The notes below the pieces were generated by a model, which saw nothing but the letters and a program-made list of their open reading frames with translations, made no database searches and was not told where the DNA came from. Made by a program: the position numbers and the translations under genes. This document shows, one piece after another, positions 59,200-64,000 of a stretch of DNA of 64,000 nt (position 1 is the first letter of the stretch; each line of letters begins with the position of its first letter). The stretch comes from Vezdaea acicularis (lineage: Eukaryota): NCBI GenBank assembly GCA_026025075.1, contig JAPEUI010000001.1:62001-126000 (forward strand), in the 5' to 3' direction.

Positions 59200-61330
59200 C
59201 AAACACAAGTGGATACCTTGTACGTAGAGAAACTGGGTCATTTTAATTTTCCGTGACCGTTCCCGGAGTTTTCTCACACCCATGATGTTAGGGATGTTCA
59301 GACCAATTTTGAAAATTATAACAGAAAAGTTAAAGTTTTACGATATTTTGTGATTTGGGTCAATACATCCCCACTAAATGTGGTGATTATGATAAATATT
59401 GTGGGGATCTTTTGATATTCACCAGGAATCCTCCGCTTTGGAGCACAGAATTTTAGTTTTTTTTGAAGTTTCATCCAATATATCTCTTGAGATTTTTCCC
59501 AATAGTGCGCAGATTCTGAACACCCATAATCCATGTTGGATATAATGAATATGCTGATATATTTATATTAGTTTAAGGTGAATATATTTATATATCTATA
59601 TTAAAATAGAATAAATATATATGATATACTTATTTATATATAAATAGCATCTTAACATTTAATATTTAATATCTAATATTTGAGTACTCAGATCTCCTAT
59701 CCATCTTCAGATACACTTAAAAAATGAGGCAATTCCTTAAATATGATATTTGCAGAATTGGAGATACCCAAATGCAACACACGTTGTGCCTTGAACATCA
59801 TAAGCGCTGCATGCAAAGGGAAAATACATATCTCAACCGGTCGGATGGACAAAAATGCATTTTGTTCCATCAAATTAATTTGTGAAATCTCATCAACCCA
59901 AAAATTTTAACCTAACCTTTGATTATTTTATTCTTTGGACAGCAATCTTGGCGTGGAGAGGAGCTTTTGATGTTAAGGTTGGCGCAGATGATTTTGTTTT
60001 CTAGGAATGTTCCATTGTCAAGGCAAAATACAACATTGGGCATTGGATGACAAAAGATCCGCTATCTCATGTCAAAGTTGTATCACAAGCTCATTGCTAT
60101 CAAGATTTTGCACCCATACATTTGAATATTCTGCTTTTACATTTTCTAATACTTTTAATTTAAAACTTATATTGTTCTGTCTTTAGAGATTTTTTGTTTA
60201 AAAAAAATCTTCTAATATATTTTTTATCTATAAAAAAAAACATTTTTAGAGGAGAATCTGCTTATTCTGCTTGCATATAAAATGGCTCAAGTGAGGTACA
60301 GAGACTCTTTAAAAATTGATCTTGTTATACTCAATATCTTCTGAAAGCATTGTATGCAAAAAGAAAGTACTGGAGACTATTAACCAAGATTTGTATTTCA
60401 ACATAAAATAAGATCTTCTGACAGCATGTTTTGAGCCTTTTGCCAACCATCTGAAAGGTAAAAGAATAAATTGATATAATGTTACATTAATATATATCCC
60501 GAGCGCCAATTCTACTATAAAGGTGAGCACAAGCTCTGCCTCTTTTCTGAGAGCGTGGCAGGCGTACAGCGTCTGCGTCCTGCCTGCGGTAGGGACATAT
60601 GCTTAGCGAGGCGTACGCAGGCTACGGTAGCTAGATATAATGATATGCTGCGGATATAATGATAATCACCCGATTAAATGGGGCGATATATAGACAATGA
60701 AGTCATATAGATATAATGAAGTCTTGTAGGATCTAGCTATAGCATATAGTAGGAAACTATCCGATGATAAGTCATCAAAGTAGTGCCATTGGCATATATA
60801 GGTAAGGGGCTTGATCAGCGCTGCCCCTGGGCTAGGCCCTAAGCGGCGCTCATCTTGCTTAGCTCGCCATAGCTCCGCTGGCAGGCCATCAAGAAAGCCA
60901 CCGCGGCGTCTCACATCTACCATGAAATATATTTCAAGTGATTATATGATTTCCCCAAAACTCATACTGCCCTCTCAAACCAGGGATCTGTCCCTAATTT
61001 ACATTACCTGAATTAATCGATTAATTAATATAAAACTTTAATTAATAAAGAATATATTGTTTAATATTAAGTCAATTATTTATATGAATTATTTTTATTA
61101 TCTGATTAAATAAATGATTTAAATGTCTAATTGCCCAGATATACATATATATGAGCGCTTACAACCGCTAGTTGTGAAAATTCAGGTTATCATTATATTA
61201 TTGTTTTGAGGTTTAATCATTGATTATTATATTAAATGATATCTACTCTTTAAATATTCACTGGGATTGACTTGAGGTTGAACGAACGACTGGTTGTTGA
61301 TGCCTGGTAGAGAGTATATGTACATTTCTG
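59200..61330. mobile_element. AT/TpA-rich degenerate island, probable RIP-eroded repeat or transposon relic
   Basis: Abrupt AT enrichment, TATATA runs, stop-riddled frames and no intact gene. Element family not identifiable; boundaries approximate. Confidence 0.4.
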
Positions 61331-61727
61331 GTGGTTCGTGGATTGATGGTCGCGTGAGCCATATAATTCTATCCTGACCGCTTCGGCCGATGCCGCGTAG
61401 GACCGACCTTGAAGATATTCATTTTACACCACGCCGCATCAATTCTTGTTTCTAGGCGGATGCCTGTCTTCCTCCAAAAAGCTTCTAATTGCAGGGCTGT
61501 TTTTTTTCAAAGCGGATATATTAATCCAGGATGACCTCAAAGTCCCCCCGCGGCATATGCAAGCTCTGAAACACTTTATCTTGAAATATTTATGTGTTGA
61601 AATGCCGATTAAATCGGCTGCTTGACCTCGAGTATTTCACTCACCCTCGGTACCGAAAGGTTCCAAGAAAAACCAATGTACCAACGCCATGGGTGCTAAG
61701 AGCTGTCGGGCAAACCCGAATCGAGCT

Positions 61728-63662
61728 CTACCTCCTCCATAATATCCCTCTATATTTAGCACCCAAGACCTTTGATCTGGCCTTGTCGGGAACGGCTTGT
61801 ATGACAGACTGGACGGTATTGAAGTGAAATATGTTCCTCCAAGCCCTCACTCTTCTCAGACCTCTCATAGCCTTTTCATAGTCTTCTGTGGTCAAGAAGC
61901 TCTGCACACACCATTGATATACCACAGCCAACATAGCCAACAGAGGCACTAAGCCAAGTGCAGTGCCCGCAATCCAAAATACAGAGATCATGTAATCTTC
62001 CCTGTATACGGCCGTATTTGAGAAATCCGAATAGCCACCCCTTCCAGCCCAGGTGGATGATTTGCAAGCACACGAGTTGTAGATGCCAAAGGTCTGGGCA
62101 ATGATAACATATGTGAGCCAGCAGGTATTGCTGACCTCCAAGATGACGAGGAAGCCACGAAGCGCATAAAATGCCCTGCGTCGGCGTGGGGAGCTATGAA
62201 GCTCGTTGGGCCTAGTTGCAGTCCACCCAACAAGCTCGAAGATGAAGGCTGTCCCCGAGAGTATGCCAAATATCATGTAACCGCCAGAGCGACATCCCAG
62301 ACCCACTGTCGGCGTATTGTAGGAGATGACCACGGCTCCCATGGTGGAAGCACCAACAATGCCAAAAGCGAGAAGGATCTGCCAAAACTCCGTTGGGGCG
62401 AAGATCCAGAGGGGAAAACCCGGTTTGTTCTTGGGATTCGCCATCGAACCGTTCTGATAGTATTTGAGAAGACCGCGTTCCCTCGACCCCAGATTAAATT
62501 GGAGATCAGTTAATAGCGAGTATGCAATACCGTAGTGCCATTTTTTGCGAGCTTGTCCACAGAAATCAGTCAGAATTGCGTTGCTACGTTGGCTTGGCTC
62601 AGGGCATATATCGTCTGCCTGATCTAAAAACTTCTGTAACTGCTCTTTCGTATGGTCGCTGTGCGTTGGGCTCTGGTCTACGAGAGAGGCTGATATCAGA
62701 ACCGGTAACCAGCTCACTAGTAAGCCAAGAGCAAGGTTGTGTGCCGTTGACTCGTCCCCTATTTGGCCGAAAGCTTTCTGGATTGACAAGACTAGTGCGA
62801 CAAGAAACCAGAAGAGCGAGACCAGGACCTGCACAACGCCATGTTTTCGTCCGCGGCGAAGAGAAGCCCCAAGCTTGCGACGGCGCGCAATCATGAAGTC
62901 ATTTCTTGAGAAGAGTGCAAACTGTAGAAGGAACTTGACAGCCTCCGGTCGATGATGTTGGAAGTTGTACTGGTTGAGGACACAGAGGATGTAGAGAGAG
63001 TCTCGTAATTCGGCAAATGCGTTAACTTCCTCCATCTCTTCCGGCGTCATCCCTCTTATATCAGGCCACTCTTTAGACTCTCCTGGCCGCCTCCCAGTGA
63101 TGGACTCATCTAGTATTCGCCTTCCTTCACCCTTGAGCTGCTTCCATAATCCGCGTTTGTGATAGCCTGGTAACTCATGTCGTGGCACGGACATGTCGAC
63201 TATCAATGAGCATTTCTTCGTTATCTTCATGTTCCAGAATGAGATTGTCAGCGTGGCGACAGGATTTCCGACCCATCGGCAGAGCACTAGAAGAGTGGAG
63301 AAGACCTGAGTGCTCTCAAAGGGAGCCTGAAGGATCAGACCGCCGCATATTGGAAGCACCCACGTAGTGATGGTGTCTGAAGCAGTGCTCCAGGAATATA
63401 TCTGCGGTCCCGAGCCACAAAAGGCTTTGCAGCCTTCAGTCGTGATCAACAATGGAGGGGTGTGCCCTGGACGAAGGCCATCGGGACGTTTTTTGTAGAT
63501 GTACTTAAGGGCTGTCGAGTTCCCACTGTTGACAGCCGCCACGAAGTCGGCGCCGCACTGGTCGAAACTGACGCTGGCCGCTATAAGATCTGGCCATAAT
63601 GCTAAGAACAGAACAAGAAGTAAGAGAGCGCTTGAAAGTCTCAAAGAGCCACCAGAAGCCAT
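61728..63662 (-). CDS. Uncharacterised multi-pass membrane protein with signal peptide (644 aa)
   Basis: Signal peptide, Cys-containing ectodomain (GCKAFCG), DTITTWVLP..LILQAPFES, TPTVGLGCRSGGYMIF and about 8 hydrophobic segments. Single exon. Confidence 0.8.
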   Translation of the reverse strand: MASGGSLRLSSALLLLVLFLALWPDLIAASVSFDQCGADFVAAVNSGNSTALKYIYKKRPDGLRPGHTPPLLITTEGCKAFCGSGPQIYSWSTASDTITTWVLPICGGLILQAPFESTQVFSTLLVLCRWVGNPVATLTISFWNMKITKKCSLIVDMSVPRHELPGYHKRGLWKQLKGEGRRILDESITGRRPGESKEWPDIRGMTPEEMEEVNAFAELRDSLYILCVLNQYNFQHHRPEAVKFLLQFALFSRNDFMIARRRKLGASLRRGRKHGVVQVLVSLFWFLVALVLSIQKAFGQIGDESTAHNLALGLLVSWLPVLISASLVDQSPTHSDHTKEQLQKFLDQADDICPEPSQRSNAILTDFCGQARKKWHYGIAYSLLTDLQFNLGSRERGLLKYYQNGSMANPKNKPGFPLWIFAPTEFWQILLAFGIVGASTMGAVVISYNTPTVGLGCRSGGYMIFGILSGTAFIFELVGWTATRPNELHSSPRRRRAFYALRGFLVILEVSNTCWLTYVIIAQTFGIYNSCACKSSTWAGRGGYSDFSNTAVYREDYMISVFWIAGTALGLVPLLAMLAVVYQWCVQSFLTTEDYEKAMRGLRRVRAWRNIFHFNTVQSVIQAVPDKARSKVLGAKYRGILWRR

Positions 63663-64000
63663 AGGAATAGGGCGAGAGGGTTTGCTAGCCCAACTGGACA
63701 GCCAGTCGCTCCACGCTGAAGAGAGAGATAATATACAATCTCAGAAAAGAGCCGTAGCCCAGCTATAGCTCGTAACATCTTCAACTACGAACGCCAGTGT
63801 CGACAGCTTCTCTTAAGAGAAAGTGAGCGCGTGTGATACGCTAAGTCTCCAAGGATGCGAGGGGGCGTGAAACTCAATGGTGTTCCCAGGATGTCCTATC
63901 AAGATTCTGCCTGTAGCGACGCTACACGTGTCTGTGCTCTATGAAGATAGGGTTTGACTGTAGGCAGGTTGAGGGGAGGCAGTCCGACATTTCACGACTG

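Noticed and set aside
59171..60975. Terminal inverted repeats GGGCAGTA / TACTGCCC around part of the AT island
   Set aside because: Only about 8 bp match perfectly, and no target-site duplication or transposase motif is recognisable.
1..64000. tRNA/rRNA/snRNA genes and a functional 'lipid gene cluster' (SRF1, CSF1, HFL1, CLD1-like, SPO7)
   Set aside because: No RNA gene was recognised by eye (tRNAscan/Infernal not run). The lipid-related genes are dispersed among unrelated genes, so co-location is probably chance.

Overview
This is nuclear DNA from a filamentous ascomycete (Pezizomycotina), judged from compact genes with ~45-130-nt GT-AG introns, CTRAC/CTAAC branch points and close fungal protein matches. 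Most of the window is housekeeping genes: SRF1, a KHE1-family mitochondrial protein, END3, a beta-carbonic anhydrase, SAS3, NDUFA1, a P450, SRP40, eIF5B, DLT1, HFL1, CSF1, EAF7, a GCP6-like gamma-tubulin complex subunit, a LIM-RhoGAP, a Scn1/TatD protein, a CLD1/ICT1-like hydrolase and SPO7. Two accessory stretches stand out. (1) About 19.8-27.6 kb, between DLT1 and HFL1, holds an intron-containing secreted precursor made of 34-aa Trp/Ser/Gly-rich repeats ending in KR, which the ORF track only partly captures. Its distal repeats carry stop codons exactly where Trp is expected. It lies tail-to-tail with a membrane-anchored GT25 glycosyltransferase and near a three-module Cys-rich secreted protein and decayed ORFs. 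(2) About 59.2-61.3 kb is an AT/TpA-rich degenerate island. Smaller findings include a 4-nt microexon, a GC-AG intron, stop-free 3n introns, G-quadruplex/(GA)n motifs upstream of the RhoGAP, and promoter palindromes. All gene calls rest on motif recognition and manual splicing; no database search was run.
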